Source: Pecten maximus (lineage: Eukaryota). Taken from it: a stretch of 64,000 nt of DNA. Shown here in pieces: positions 1-13,400 of the stretch. The DNA lies in the NCBI RefSeq assembly GCF_902652985.1, contig NC_047015.1, positions 44,516,001 to 44,580,000 of the forward strand, in the 5' to 3' direction. Made by a program: the position numbers and the translations under genes. The notes beneath the pieces are model-generated. The model saw only the letters and a list, made by a program, of their open reading frames with translations, was not told where the DNA came from and made no database searches. Positions within the stretch are counted from its first letter, which is position 1. The number at the start of each line of letters is the position of its first letter.

Positions 1-285
1 AACACAACAAGTATAAATTTCCATTGAATATTGTACAAAATTGGTGTTGGCAAAAAGGATTGGACAACAGGCTCAGCCTATATTAGTCCTTTCCTATAAG
101 TTTCCAGTTTAGTGAACATGAAGTAGGAAAAGTCAATAAATGATATATATAAACAAAGAAAACATATTCTCACTCACTCTCACACTACTATGTACTCATG
201 ATATATTTTTAAGTTGATTTAACCTTTATATAAACAAATGAGTATATATAGACATAAATATTACTTATAATTTTTAAAGCGTTTA

Positions 286-726
<441 letters not shown>

Positions 727-738
727 TCACGATGAAGT

Positions 739-1491
739 CTACAAAACGAGATTAGATTTAAACAAACACTTCTTCACTAGACAAACCAACTGTAAAACTT
801 CACCGTTCAAAGTTTTATGAAAGATAGTTTATGGTAATCATTTTCAATACCTGTGAAGTGAAACAAAATGTATTAACCGTTTCAACTTTATTCAACTAAA
901 AGTATCGGTTGTACCCCTCTACATCCCGCCACCCATACCCCATTTTGGCGGGACTACGACTGGATACGAGCATGACGATGAAAAAATATGTTTCAACAAC
1001 TTTGTATGTTTAAGAATGACATGTATGATTTCCGAACATGCAACAATCTACGTGAACGCCGACTTTGCATTAAAATGGTCTATTTTTAACCAAAACAGGA
1101 AGCAGGTCTGAACCGCGCAAATTCTATATTTAGATCTTCCATGAGCTCTTTGTTTTCATTTAATTCTTAACATTTCGATACATTTCTGAACAACACACAC
1201 GACATAATAATAAATACATTTAGGCAAACTTATTAACGACTGATATTTATACATAATTTGATTACTAATGTTGACAAAACCCCATGCGTCTCATTGGCAA
1301 AGTTTCACATTACCGCTTGTACTGACAACAACCAAAATGGCGTATCCCACGCCGAGTTACAACTAGCATCAAAACAAATACCCCAATACAACCTTCAGCC
1401 ATTAGATACACGTTTAGTTATATGATTTCAGTTCAGAAACATCTTTCCGTGTTCTACTAGGGACATACGGGATGGTCACCAATTTTCTTAC
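739..1491 (-). other. Probable 5'UTR intron of H3.3
   Basis: Acceptor TTTTGTAG 18 nt upstream of the ATG (AG at 739-740). Donor GAAG|GTAAGA at 1491, next to the CCAAT cluster. H3.3 genes typically have a non-coding first exon. Confidence 0.65.
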
Positions 1492-1588
1492 CTTCTTCAC
1501 TGACGACGATTTACAATTTGCCGCACAAATTTTCGCTACGAATTGTGGATATGAATACAAAATGAGTTCACACGAAACGTCATTTTGG

Positions 1589-1719
1589 ATTGGGGTTTCT
1601 GATTGGTTCATTGCTCAGAAAGACCACGGTAACTATTGGTCGTCAGTTCTTAGTTATCATTGGCTGTTAAGAACCAGTATACAAGTAGTGATTAGTCAAT
1701 TTTGAGAACATTTCATTGG
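1589..1719 (-). promoter_or_regulatory. H3.3 promoter: cluster of five same-orientation CCAAT boxes
   Basis: ATTGG on + strand at 1589, 1602, 1635, 1659 and 1715, just upstream of the putative non-coding exon. Confidence 0.65.
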
Positions 1720-4448
1720 TTAAACTTTCAATCCTACCTAGGACGGTTTTCGAGCAGAAAAATAGAACATGGCTCTGCAAAATGATACACTGCGCTTTAT
1801 ACTTTATATCAATCATATACATGCTAAACAAGTATTATTTATACTTTTCTTTTAATTCGACAAATTATACATATTTTATTTTTAGTCTATGATATATATA
1901 TTAGATCTAGACTATATATATATTGAAATGCCAGTAACGAATATATTAAAGAAACATTTCTTCAGAGACAGCTTTCCCACAACTTACATGTACGAACTTA
2001 AATTATTAAACATTGCCGAAAATGGATGATATCTTTATAAATGTACATGTTTTGACAAATATTTAAACATAAGCATTTAATAATCAAGGCTTACTATATT
2101 GTCTGGTCTATGGCTAGGTTGGCTATTTTTTTAAATGATAAAAAACTACTGTATCTAACGAAATCATTAAAAACCGGAAAGAATATCATATACTCACGGT
2201 TATTTTTGGCGCCTTCGCAGAGAATTTCACAGACTATACTGACCAAAGAAGGTATATAGGTTGTATTTATACCTATTGTCCGTCCGGTAAGGCCATATTC
2301 CCGTTTCCTTCAAGGAACGGATATATGTAATTAGCCTATCACTCGAGGCATTTTACCACCCAAAGTGTCTCGTCCGAGCTAATAAAGGTGCTGAACCTGT
2401 AGAGTGGGTCTATAAAGATATTGAACCGCCACAGGCAGCTCTCTTTTATGTCTTTGAAGAACGTGTCATGTTCATCCTCGACGTACTTTGTTAAAAACTT
2501 ACATAACCAATTTATTAACCAAATATAGGTATAACGATTAACAGGCTGTCTAGATCTGCTTCGTTCTAAAACGAAACGCTTGAAATTAATACATATTTAA
2601 ACAAAAATACTCAATATTATATTATATGATATGAGAACAAGTATAATGATATTATACATAGAACTTATATTCATCAGAAATATGTATAAACATGGGTTTT
2701 TTTCTTCAAAATATCAAACAAATCCATGTAGACCTATTTAAACCGTGGCTATTACGTCCCGTTTTAGAAAAGTCACAATTTGTAAATGATTTATGCAGGT
2801 AAACAACTGAAGAATGTGTATTTAGGTAAAGTATAACTGGGCTGTACTGGCCTCAGTTTCCCTATTTATATTGGTTCTCTATCTTCATAATTATAGGGTC
2901 AGTTCTTTTTAATTAATTGTGATTAGGTCAATGACCGAACTTACAGGCGCATTTTCACAAAATAAATTATCAAGGAATGCTTGAAAATACAGTCATGTGA
3001 CGTCATTTATTCACGAAATCCCATAAGCAGTGTATATATTTCATAACATGAACGTAATAATTTCATCGTTTTAAAGGCAGAGTTACTTCCCTTCAGCAAT
3101 AGTGTGATCGGGTAGGGTGTCCTGCTACCGGGTACAGATAATATGGTAAAAAATATGTACTTTTCTGTGATTTCAATCTCGTTATTTAAAGTCACGTTTT
3201 GATCTTGTGTTAATAAGTTGTTAAAAGTCGTAAAATGGTAGGCATATTATAAAAAAGCAACTATATATCTGTACAGTTCTTAGTAGAACTCATTTCACAA
3301 GAACTTTTGCGCTTCATATTTGTTTCCAAACTTGATTTCTCCCTTTTAAACTATTGATTAGCCCTAGATTTATCAATGTACAACCATTTTTATTTCGAGC
3401 AAGTTCTGAAGTACTTTGGATTTTTGGCCGTGAAACAGTGAAAAATAACACCCGTAATAAAAGGACAAAAAAGGAAGCACACGGAACCTCCCATTTTTAT
3501 GCCATGTCTGTTTTAGAAAGAGAAACTTATTTTCTTCTGATCGGCTAAATACATGAACAATAATAGACGAACTTTTCATATAAATCGAATTAAATCTGCT
3601 CAAAAAATTATTTGTGCCATTAAAAAATAATTTAAAGGGTATGGGTAACTTAAACTTAAACAGTATTTTAGTAAATCCATAGCCATTGCATACAAAAATT
3701 TTAAAAAATTAGTTCATAATTTACAAAAGGATTTCGAAACAAGCTTAAAGCTTATATTAATCCATATCCATCTCTCTCAGAAGTCCAGCATGGTTTTATC
3801 TAGAATAGTGGTCAAGTCATAACACTGCTTAATCATTCTACCATTTATATTCTAGGTAGGAGTATAGAATAAAATGTATTGAAACATAAGATGTACATTC
3901 AAGGAATGAAATGTCAGTAAAAGAACAATTAACACTTAAACTTTTTCGTAAAAACAATGACACGCCAGTGAATCAATTGACTGTATATTGGCACGTGTTT
4001 GACTAGACTACTAGCGGACTAGTGTTCATACTGACTTTACAAGTCCAATTTACGACAGTCACCTACATGTTCGTAATTCTGTGGAATTGATTGATTTTGT
4101 CAAGAACCTGTGTACATACCACAAAAGATTTTCAAATTAAAATCCATAATAAATTTTTCATATATTCGTGTGAGTTTTTATTTCGTGTGGTCAGAGAACT
4201 ATATAACACATTTCATAAGGAAGGAAGATATCGTCTCAGATATGTGGTTATTATTTTTTTTAAACAAGGTTATTTTTTTTTTCTTAAACTAAGAAATAAT
4301 CGAAATTTAATCCTTAACGCTAATATGTAGGCCTTACTATACTTGTATACATATAAAGTGATGCCATAGTGCACGTCACCATGTTTATTTTCAAAACCTA
4401 GATGCTACAACGCCGACAGCTTGTGACACGGATAGCTTTTACTGTTCA

Positions 4449-4863
4449 CCGTATATGTCATTAGGAAGGTGTCGACATCTGTGATTGTCATTAGGGACAT
4501 AACTTGACATGAAGCATGTGCACAAGTTAAAGTGAGGATCACGGTCACATTTTATACAACACAATTATCCTAGTCACCTTTCCAAATATCACCTACTTTC
4601 ACCAGTAATACGTCAAAATTAAACCAGCTAGTCACAATATGTAAAGGAATAGAAGTTTATTTTTCTCCTATTCCCCTTTACTAACCGAAATGTAGACTGG
4701 ACCCGTCTCTAGAAGATTAAAATTATAAATAAAATTGAGCTTTATGATTTTGGTCTCTGGGATATGCGCATACTAGTTCCCCGGGAGATAATCTAGTATT
4801 ATTATTTAGGATAGTTAAATTCTTAACAAATATTGGGGGCCAGTCTTAATAGTGCATATACGG
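4449..4863. mobile_element. Degenerate Tc1/pogo-like MITE
   Basis: Short inverted ends CCGTATATG (4449) and CATATACGG (to 4863) followed by TA; left flank is CA, so the TSD is imperfect. Confidence 0.35.
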
Positions 4864-4999
4864 TATATATGTTTCAAGTTTCAGCAAAATCTTTGAACTG
4901 TTTTTTCTTCTTTCTTAATTTTTAGTTTTTAGTATAATGAGGTTGTATTGAAAATTGTGCACTACATGTATTTGACCTTGGCCTTTAAGGTCACAGGGA

Positions 5000-5222
5000 T
5001 TTGGTTTATTTTGTTTAACGTCCTATTAACTGCAAGGGTCATTTAAGGACGTCCCAGGTTTGGAGGTGGAGGAAAGCCGGAGTACACTACCCGGAGAAAA
5101 ACCACCGGCCTACGATCAGTACCTGGCAATTGGCCCACGTAGGTTTCGAACTCGCAACCCAGAGGTGGAGGGCTAGTGATAAAGTGTCGGGACACCTTAA
5201 CCACTCGGCCACCGCGGCCACT
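5000..5222 (-). mobile_element. tRNA-derived V-SINE, copy 1
   Basis: Minus strand: A box TGGCCGAGTGG, B box GTTCGAAACC, V-domain-like TTCTCCGGG..TACTCCGGCTTTCCTCCACC, A-rich tail. 18-bp TSD CCTTTAAGGTCACAGGGA (4982-4999 / 5223-5240). Confidence 0.9.
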
Positions 5223-5789
5223 CCTTTAAGGTCACAGGGAACCGTGTATATGACACTATTGAATGGACGTGAAAGCTTTGCACACAATTGACATTTGGCC
5301 TTGAAAGGAAGGATGATTTTCACTGTTAAAATCATTACAAAATTGTATTGAAAATGGATTCTGCTGTGACCTGATTATAAATACAATGTAAATTCAATAT
5401 ATCTTTAACTGATAAAGAGTTAACCATGGATATGAAAATTTTACCTTAAGGCTGCACTCAGTGACCAGTTAATATTTTAATTTTCATGAAGATACATGTA
5501 ACTTGAATGACTTTGCTTGTTACAAGATTGTATTGGAAAGTTTGATCTAAGTTAACCTTTGACCTTAAAGTGTACCCGGAACGAAAAACAATATTCAAAT
5601 ATATTATTCTATGTAACCACCAAAAAAGAATGTCGCAAATTAAACCGCATCAAAATCGGTTGGCCGAGTGCCGAGATATCGCACATCGAAGTACGCGATT
5701 TGGACTCTTCAGTCTATGACGTCACATGTCTCTGGTTTAACGGAGTAACTGAAATGGTGGCCAGTATAGATTTTGTTTAGCATATTTCT

Positions 5790-6390
5790 TAATTATTGTG
5801 AAGCTATTTTTTACGGGCCGGAGTACAGCCCCTTGACTTACAAGAATTGTCCATATTTTTTATTAATGTATGCTGATGACATGGTTTTGTTTTCTGAAAG
5901 TATAAGGTTTACAGTCGATACTTGGCAAACTTAAAGTTTATACAGAAAAGTGGTCCCTAACAGTCAATGTTACTAAAACTAAAGTTATGGTTTTCCGAAA
6001 GTCCGACAGATTGTCACAAGATGAAAAATGTTATTTTAATGGTACATTACTTGAAAATGTATAGATAGTTTTTGCTATCTTGGTTTGTTGTTAAACTATA
6101 ATGATAATTTTAATCTATCGCAAAAACAGTTAGCTTCACAATGCACATTATTAAGTCTGTTCGACAAATACGTAGGAAGTGTGGCGGGGTATAGTAGTGA
6201 AGTATGGGGTTTCCATACAGCCCCCGATATTGAGAAAGTACATTTAGATTTTTGTAAAAATATTCTTGGAGTTAAACGATCGACACCAAATGCTATGGTA
6301 TACTTTGAATTGGGAAGGTTTCCAATGGTCCTCTCTCGTAAATTGAAAATACTCAAATACTGGTGTATATATGTACAACGATTGTGAGGT
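5790..6390 (+). mobile_element. Degraded non-LTR retrotransposon A, RT C-terminal part (RTE-X-like, tentative)
   Basis: YADD (tatgctgatgac about 5869), VNVTKTKVMVFR, ORF 6085-6387 ...YSSEVWG...EKVHLDFCKNILGVKRST...ELGRFP; frameshifted. Confidence 0.85.
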
Positions 6391-6539
6391 GAACCCAAAT
6401 TGTAAAAACTGAGTTGCCAAAGTAAAACACGAGCTGTGCTCACTACGCATGATGAACATGTGGGTTTCCCAACACGTTACAAATATAAGTTATTTCATAG
6501 CTACAGTAAAAGAACTGCTGATATTTCTTTGTATGTTGT

Positions 6540-8285
6540 TCTTTTTATTAAAGTTTTTGATTCGGGTACATACCTGACTGTTGGTTAAATGGAGTTATCA
6601 TACCTATATATAAAAAGAAAGGAGACCCAAATCTACCTGAAAATTATCGCCCAATTAGGGTAAGTTATTCACCTCTGTTTTGAATAGCTACCTTACATGT
6701 TTTATCGAAAGCAATGAGACTATATCAGAAACCCAAGCTGGTTTTAGAAAAGGTTACTCTGTATCGAAACATTTATTTACTCTGTATGCTGTTATAAGTT
6801 ATTTAAGAAATCGTAAGAAACACTTTTTTTGTACTTTTGTAGACTTTACTAAAGCCTTCGACCAGGTCTGGCGATCTGGACTCTGGCTTAAGTTAATAGA
6901 ATCTGGTATACCAGGTAAATGTTTTAACATTATTTTCCAAATGTATCAAAACATCAAATCGTGTGTAAAGCATAATGGTAATGTATCGCAATATGTTTAC
7001 TGTCATTCTGGGGTACGACAAGGGGACAATTTATCTCCTCTGTTGTTTGCCATTTTTCTGAATGACCTTGACAAAAAATTAAATACAAATAATTGTATTG
7101 GTATTTCTATTAATGAAAACGTTTTAACTGAATACCTTAAAATTTTAGTCCTGCTATATGCAGATGATACTGTTATTTTTTCAGAAAATGCACAAGAAAT
7201 GCAGAAAGTCGTTATTTTTGGTTCAAAGTCTCGTAAATTGCCGCCATTTTACTTATCTGATAAAATTATTGAGATTACTGATTGCTATAAGTACCTTGGA
7301 CTGACCTTCTCTAAACATTGTTCTTTTTCATTGGCTAAGAAATGTATTAAAGACCAAGCTACCAAAGCAATGTTCTTGTTAAAATCAAGGATTCGCAATT
7401 TAGATTTGCCAATGGACTGCCAGATTAAACTATTTGACCAGACAATTTTACCTATTTTGTTGTATGGCTGTGACATTTGGGGCTTTGAATTAGGACGTTT
7501 CCCTCTAATTGTCTACATAAAGAGTCGTATGAATAGTTTTTGGCTTCGGCTAATGAGTGGTAATAGGAACAATCATGTCAACTTTTTTTTTTTTATTCTA
7601 TCCATTCTTCTTTTTTTTTCTTTTTTTTTTTGACTGTTCAAAAATTTTATTGCCACAGAACATTTAACGATTTGGACTGCTGCCAGGGTCATGTCAACCT
7701 TGATAGTCTTAATATAAAAACTAGTATTCGCAAATATGGCATGCTAATGTTTTCCATTCTGGTAAAAGTGTATGCTATAGAATGTTTAAAAATTGTACAA
7801 CTTGAGAGTCTTATCTTTTAATTTTACCTAAAAGTTTAAGGAATACTTTTGTAAAATACCGTACAGCTAATCACCGTCTTCCAATTGAAACCGAAAGACG
7901 GGAAAACGTTCCTAGGGAAGAACGTATATGTGTACTGTGCAATAAACAATCCATTGGTGATGAATACCACTATATTTTTTAATGTGATTTTTTTTCCGTA
8001 CTGAAAGAAATAAATATATTTCTAAATACTTTCTTCAGTATCCAAATACTATAAAATACTCTGAATTATTTTGAAAATAATAGAGTATTTTATAGTATTT
8101 GGATACTGTACAACAAATTTGAAAGTATTGAAAAGATTATGTGATTTTCTCCATTTTATTATGCAAACATTTCAGTCTCCATGTTAACAGTGCTGTCTAT
8201 TGTCTAATGTTAATTATTTGTGTATATTCTGGTGTTGCTCATGTATCGTATATATGATCTGAGTGTCAAATAAAAAAAATTGAAA
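6540..8285 (+). mobile_element. Degraded non-LTR retrotransposon B (RT pseudogene), apparently nested in element A
   Basis: KKKGDP..PENYRPI just upstream. ORF 6680-7633 has QAGFRKG, FVDFTKAFD, GVRQGDNLSPLLF, LYADD, YKYLG. Downstream NHRLPIET..CVLC..IGDEYHY; ends AAATAAAAAAAATTGAAA. Confidence 0.92.
8036..8108. repeat. Perfect 27-bp inverted repeat (fold-back) inside LINE B
   Basis: CAGTATCCAAATACTATAAAATACTCT (8036-8062) and its exact reverse complement (8082-8108); spacer ATTATTTT-G-AAAATAAT also pairs. Confidence 0.95.
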
Positions 8286-8853
8286 CTTTTGTTAGACAAT
8301 TTCAAACAAGAATGTGAGATTTTTTTTGTCATCGCCGAAATGTGTTTTATACAGGCATGTTGTAGATCATTTAACGTTGCAAACATATCATTTAAAACAA
8401 ATTCCTGCTAATTATAAAAAAAAAAAAAAAAAAAAAACTATTGTCAGATTACGTTTATCTTCCCATTGTCTTCTTATCGAATCAGGTAGACATAGAAAGG
8501 TACCTAGGCATCTTAGAACCTGCCCTGTTTGTCTTACTGACATCGAGGATGAATATCACTTCATTTTTAAATGTCCCTTGTACAGTGAGCTGAGAATCAA
8601 ATATATTAAGCCCTATTTTCGAATAAATCCTTCCGTCTTCAAATTAGTTATATTTCCATCATCTGTTAATACAAAAGAATTGTGTAATTCAGGAAAATTT
8701 GTTCATCATACAAACATATTACGAGGAAATAATTTAGCAGAAAATTAGATTTTGCATGATTGACCCTGGAAATATTCATTGTAATTTAATGTATGCAAAT
8801 CTTATATCCATGAACTGTATCAGTTTACCATTAATAAAGAATTGAATTGAATT
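8286..8853 (+). mobile_element. 3' end of a non-LTR retrotransposon (probable continuation of element A)
   Basis: ORF 8314-8748 RLSSHCLLIESGRH...CPVC...EDEYHFIFKCPLY (C-terminal Zn-finger-like); tail AATAAAGAATTGAATTGAATT. Confidence 0.85.
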
Positions 8854-8859
8854 AGACGA

Positions 8860-9420
8860 CAGTGTGAACAGTAGCAACACAGACACGTCTGAATACGATC
8901 TGGATATATTCCAACAAGACTGCATAGAAAAGATAAAGTTATCTCCTAAGTGTTCATTATACGAATATATTAATGAGGGTTTTGGTTTACAGAAATATCT
9001 AACAAAATCTATAGGGACTCAAAATTCGAAAGAAATATCGAATGTCGTAGAGTCTGTACATCGTGCAATAGCGGGGATATCGAGGATGAATATCATTTTA
9101 TTATTAAATGCGAAAGTTTTAAAGATATAAGAAGTAAGTGTATTAAGTGTATTAAGAGGTATTATACTCAAAATCCTAGTATGTTTAAATTTGTGCAATT
9201 AATGAAAACAGATAATAGAAAAGATTTGTCAAATTTAGCAAAATTTATCAGATTGAGCAACAAAAAGCGAGAGAGTTGAGCACAAATAGTCTTATATCGT
9301 AATAATATTAATGTAGTATCGAAGCAGTGGTTGTATTAAATATGATAATTAGATTAGATAATATAATGTAACGTCTCAATGTATTGTGAGATGGTTAATG
9401 AATACATGAGATTTGAGGTT
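8860..9420 (+). mobile_element. 5'-truncated non-LTR retrotransposon C, 3' end
   Basis: SPKCSLYEYINEGFGLQKYLTK then, frameshifted, CTSCNSGDIEDEYHFIIKC...NPSMFKFVQLM; homologous to 8314-8748. Right boundary approximate. Confidence 0.8.
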
Positions 9421-10033
9421 GATGACTTTGGCGAATATTGCCAACAAGAAGTCGGAATCCAACAATATCAGTTTGAACTTTTTTTTTTTTTTAGTGGAAT
9501 GGACTCTGAAAATGACCGCTTGGGTAACACAGACTGATGTGTTATATATACCAGGGACCAACTTCACTAGCAATACAAATGTTATACACGATCCAATAAT
9601 CGGTCATGTGTTTACCATTTCTATAAAAAGGAACACGGCATCAACATTTTTTTATAAAAAATAATTTGCCATTTTATTCGCAAATTAATATTCAAATAAA
9701 CATCGGCCAACAATACAACAGTTCTGGATGCCTCATTCCGAGAAAAATCGCAATTACTCTAAAACTTTCAGCATTTTTATTTTCATCCTAAATCACATTT
9801 TTTAAAGCTTAACATAGCAAATCGTTCCGGGAACATTTTAAAAAAGATTGCATTGATTTAATAAAGCACATGGCACAGTACCTCTTGTTGATACAGTTCA
9901 AAATTTATGCTCCAGACAAGATTGTGTACAAGATCAAGAATTTCGAAAGGGGCGACAAAAAAATAAAGGTTGCTAAATGTGGAGTTGAATGTTGAATAAT
10001 GACGAAGTCGTTGATTGTTGGTTCCTCTGTTTA

Positions 10034-10458
10034 GAATTGTACCTGCTGCCCCCATTGCATGATCGTAAGAGGCGACTAAATTTGGGATCTTATCTTTTCT
10101 CTTCTTTCTGAACAACTTTCTTCTTCCTAATGTCTCCCTTGACAATGCCTCACTTTTGAGGAAGGCTTTTGGTTGTGTCCCCTGCCCGAGACATACCAAA
10201 ATGGTAGTTTCTACTCCTGCTTAGCGCTCAGCATATTAGGAGTGGGACGACTGGTTCGCCCGTTGTCAATATAATGTGACCAGGTGGGGTGTCTTCGGCA
10301 GTATGCTTCAGTGAGGTAGCACTATAAATCGGCAAAAGTTCCGGCCTATCACAAGGAGACTTAACACGAACATACCACAGCCTCCCGAAACACACATAAG
10401 GCCTTCCTTAGATGACTTTAGCTGTTAATAGGATGTTAAACAAAATAAACCATCCAAA
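10034..10458 (+). mobile_element. Meta-domain SINE-like retroposon without a visible tRNA head
   Basis: 10-bp TSD CCTCTGTTTA (10024-10033 / 10459-10468). Meta-like core CATACCAAA..ATGGTAGT..GCTTAGCGCTCAGCAT..GACTGGTT..TTCAGTGAGGTAGCACTATAAA. 3' tail GCTGTTAATAGGATGTTAAACAAAATAAACC matches the V-SINE tail. Confidence 0.75.
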
Positions 10459-13400
10459 CCTCTGTTTATCGGTGTAGGTGAAGGTATATGTTGTATCCGT
10501 AGGGTATACAGCTAAGGAGTGACAATGATATGAGGAAAATGGGATTCTTTTATACTATTTTTGATGTGCATCGGCCGGGCTGATAGATTCGCCATTAATA
10601 TGGTCATGGGGTTTGTGACCTGAAGTCTACATGCATATGTAAATACCACATTAATTAGAACTACACGAAGATAATTGAATACAACCCGTATTACCTGAAC
10701 ATGGTTAAGATAACATCCAAGTTGTTTAGAGGACAGAGGTTTATCCAATTACTGGCAAATTAGCTAACCTGTAGATAAACCATGTACCTTGGACTCCAGT
10801 TGGCTACACACTCAATTTAGGACGTTTTCAAATATATTTCCTTATTAGGTAAAACTTTCCTTGATATGGTAAGTCTTTTTGGCTCGACATTTCTTCAGAT
10901 CAAAATAAAGCTCAGATTTCAGGAAAATGTGGGACGTACAGAATAATATGCCACAGCATATCCTAACCTGACCCAAAACAATAAAGAGGTAATCAGAAAT
11001 TCATATATAAAACAAAAGACAAATTCATGTTCAATATTTTATGAGAATTGTGAATTATTACAAATGCTTACTCAGGAACGAGTACAAATATGTCTAACAC
11101 AGGTGTATATCAATAAAATACACGATTTTAAATTACATAACAGCAGGTTCCTGTTGAAACCCCTCATACATCATAGTTCTAGCTGCAATACCATTGAAAG
11201 GTTGGTAATTAGGCATTGCAATCTCCTTTCAAGTTTTGTAAGATAATATCTACTGTATATGTTAATTCAAAGCATATTCGGTATAATATAGGTATTCAGT
11301 ACCAAACCCTGTTCTGGTTAGCAATTAGAATAAGCGTTTAAATTAAACCATCTACAAAATGAAAATATAACCTAAGTCCTGTAAATCAAAAAGGAAACCA
11401 GTTGATTTGGATTCTTGTATTCTAGAAGTCTAATGCTTTGTTTTAATAATATATTTTCACTCCTAAATGTGATACAACCACAATCTTTCTTTTTAAACTG
11501 ATGTGAAAGACATTTAGAATTGCAATACATTTTTTTTTTGGTTATTTGATATGAAATAGAAACTTATAATAGCATGACTACTTTCTTAGGCTGCAATCTG
11601 CTAGATTCAAATTCATAACACGTGATAAAGCAGTAGTTTTTCAAATGGTAAAATAGAAATTTTGACATCAAAGAAAAACCAAAATATTCAAAATAAAAAT
11701 AAAATAAAAATTCTCTATTCCTTTGCAAAGACACGATCACATAGTATTTATTTACTCCGTGTGAATGTGTACATACATCACTACAACAAAGTATCATTTC
11801 ATATCACAATTGCAATTCTTATTTTGTGGATCAATCACTTTCAAATATATTTTTGTCAATCTTTATACAAAATTTAATTTCTTCCACTCTCTGTAATAAT
11901 ATTACACCTGGCTGAGGGAGAAAATCTTTATAAAAAACATGTACTGCCCAATATGCCCTGAGTATAACATATTTCAATGATAACATGTATTACCATACAT
12001 TATAAAACAGACCCTTCCTCTCATCTCACACTCAATAAGCCCAAACCAGCGGGCTAATCTCTCGAGAGTATCATCACCCATAACAATCTGTTTATACTCA
12101 GGTAATTACAGATTATTAACGAATCGCTCCAACATGGCGTAGCAGCTCCTTCCTTAATATTGCTGGACATATATTTTTATCTCGCAACATAAACCATTTC
12201 AAGTTCTCTGATCTACAGACTCAAGGGGAAAGTAAGATCAAAAATCACTTTTGTGCAATATGACATGAAAAATACAATTTTGTCAATAATATACAAATTG
12301 CATCTACAGTCATGCTGATCTGAAGGTACATACCAAACCAAATATTTTACAGGTAAGAAAACTGTAAAGAGATTTAGATTATGGATAGTAAAACTACATA
12401 CATAGAATCTGTCAAAATATTCAGATTGTGAGTAGGGAAACTCTAAAAATCTTTCAATAGAGATCTACAACACTAAATGCTACTTCAGTTTTAAATTCCA
12501 AAAGCTTTGCCTTTTCTCGTCAAAAGTTTTCCAATGTTTTCTAGAAACACATCCATTAGATTATAAAATCCACACTTCATAGTTATCAATAAAAACACTT
12601 TGTGAACAGCTATCATAGTCCTACAAAATGAAAGAATGTACAGTATATGCAATGAGAGAAAATACAACCTATGAATTAACACGAACAAGTTAAAAACAGT
12701 ATCTTAAACAACTGCGATAAAATTCACCATATACCTCAAAACCATGAATTTGCTGTGGAATAGGTATTCTATTGAGGAAAAAAAATAATCGACATACAAG
12801 TATCACCTACCCAACGCATTTCATCCTTAAAACAAGGCCATTCCATCGTTATTATATACATCACTTACTTAATACAGATTTGAATGGCACATATTCATAG
12901 ATTATATACAGGGGTACCCCTAATCAATTTGAATAGATTGTGTGAAGCTTATGTAACAGAAAGAGTAGCGGTACCTTGAATGCAGTCATTTGTGTTACAC
13001 AGCTGAAAGGAAATTTTCAGCGTCAGATTTAGGATTGTCAAATATTAATTAAGTTACTAATGTCTAATATCTTTTCTGATTAGTCTAATTTGGTGAAAAT
13101 TGAGAGAATAAAATCCATTAGATACATCATTCTTGATTATTCTTTTTATTACAATATCTATTTCATACAAACTGGGAATACCAGTGCTGGGATTAATTGG
13201 CTTCGAGACAATCCCATTCACAACACCGGTGTGATTGAAAACAGTTGTTTTAACATAGGAAATATGAATCTTAATATGTGTAGTATGCAACAAGGGCATT
13301 AATAAATACCATACATCATTTGTTTATTTACTTATGTAGATGACAATTCCTAAAGATCTGATATATATACAAACAAAATTTTAGCGACAGCATTAAATAC

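Noticed and set aside
5130-5222. tRNA gene (also at about 22530-22615 and 61625-61713)
   Set aside because: A/B boxes belong to SINE heads continuous with a V-domain body, tail and TSD.
6680-7633. Active or domesticated reverse transcriptase
   Set aside because: No endonuclease domain, frameshifts on both sides, internal deletions and a poly-T disruption.
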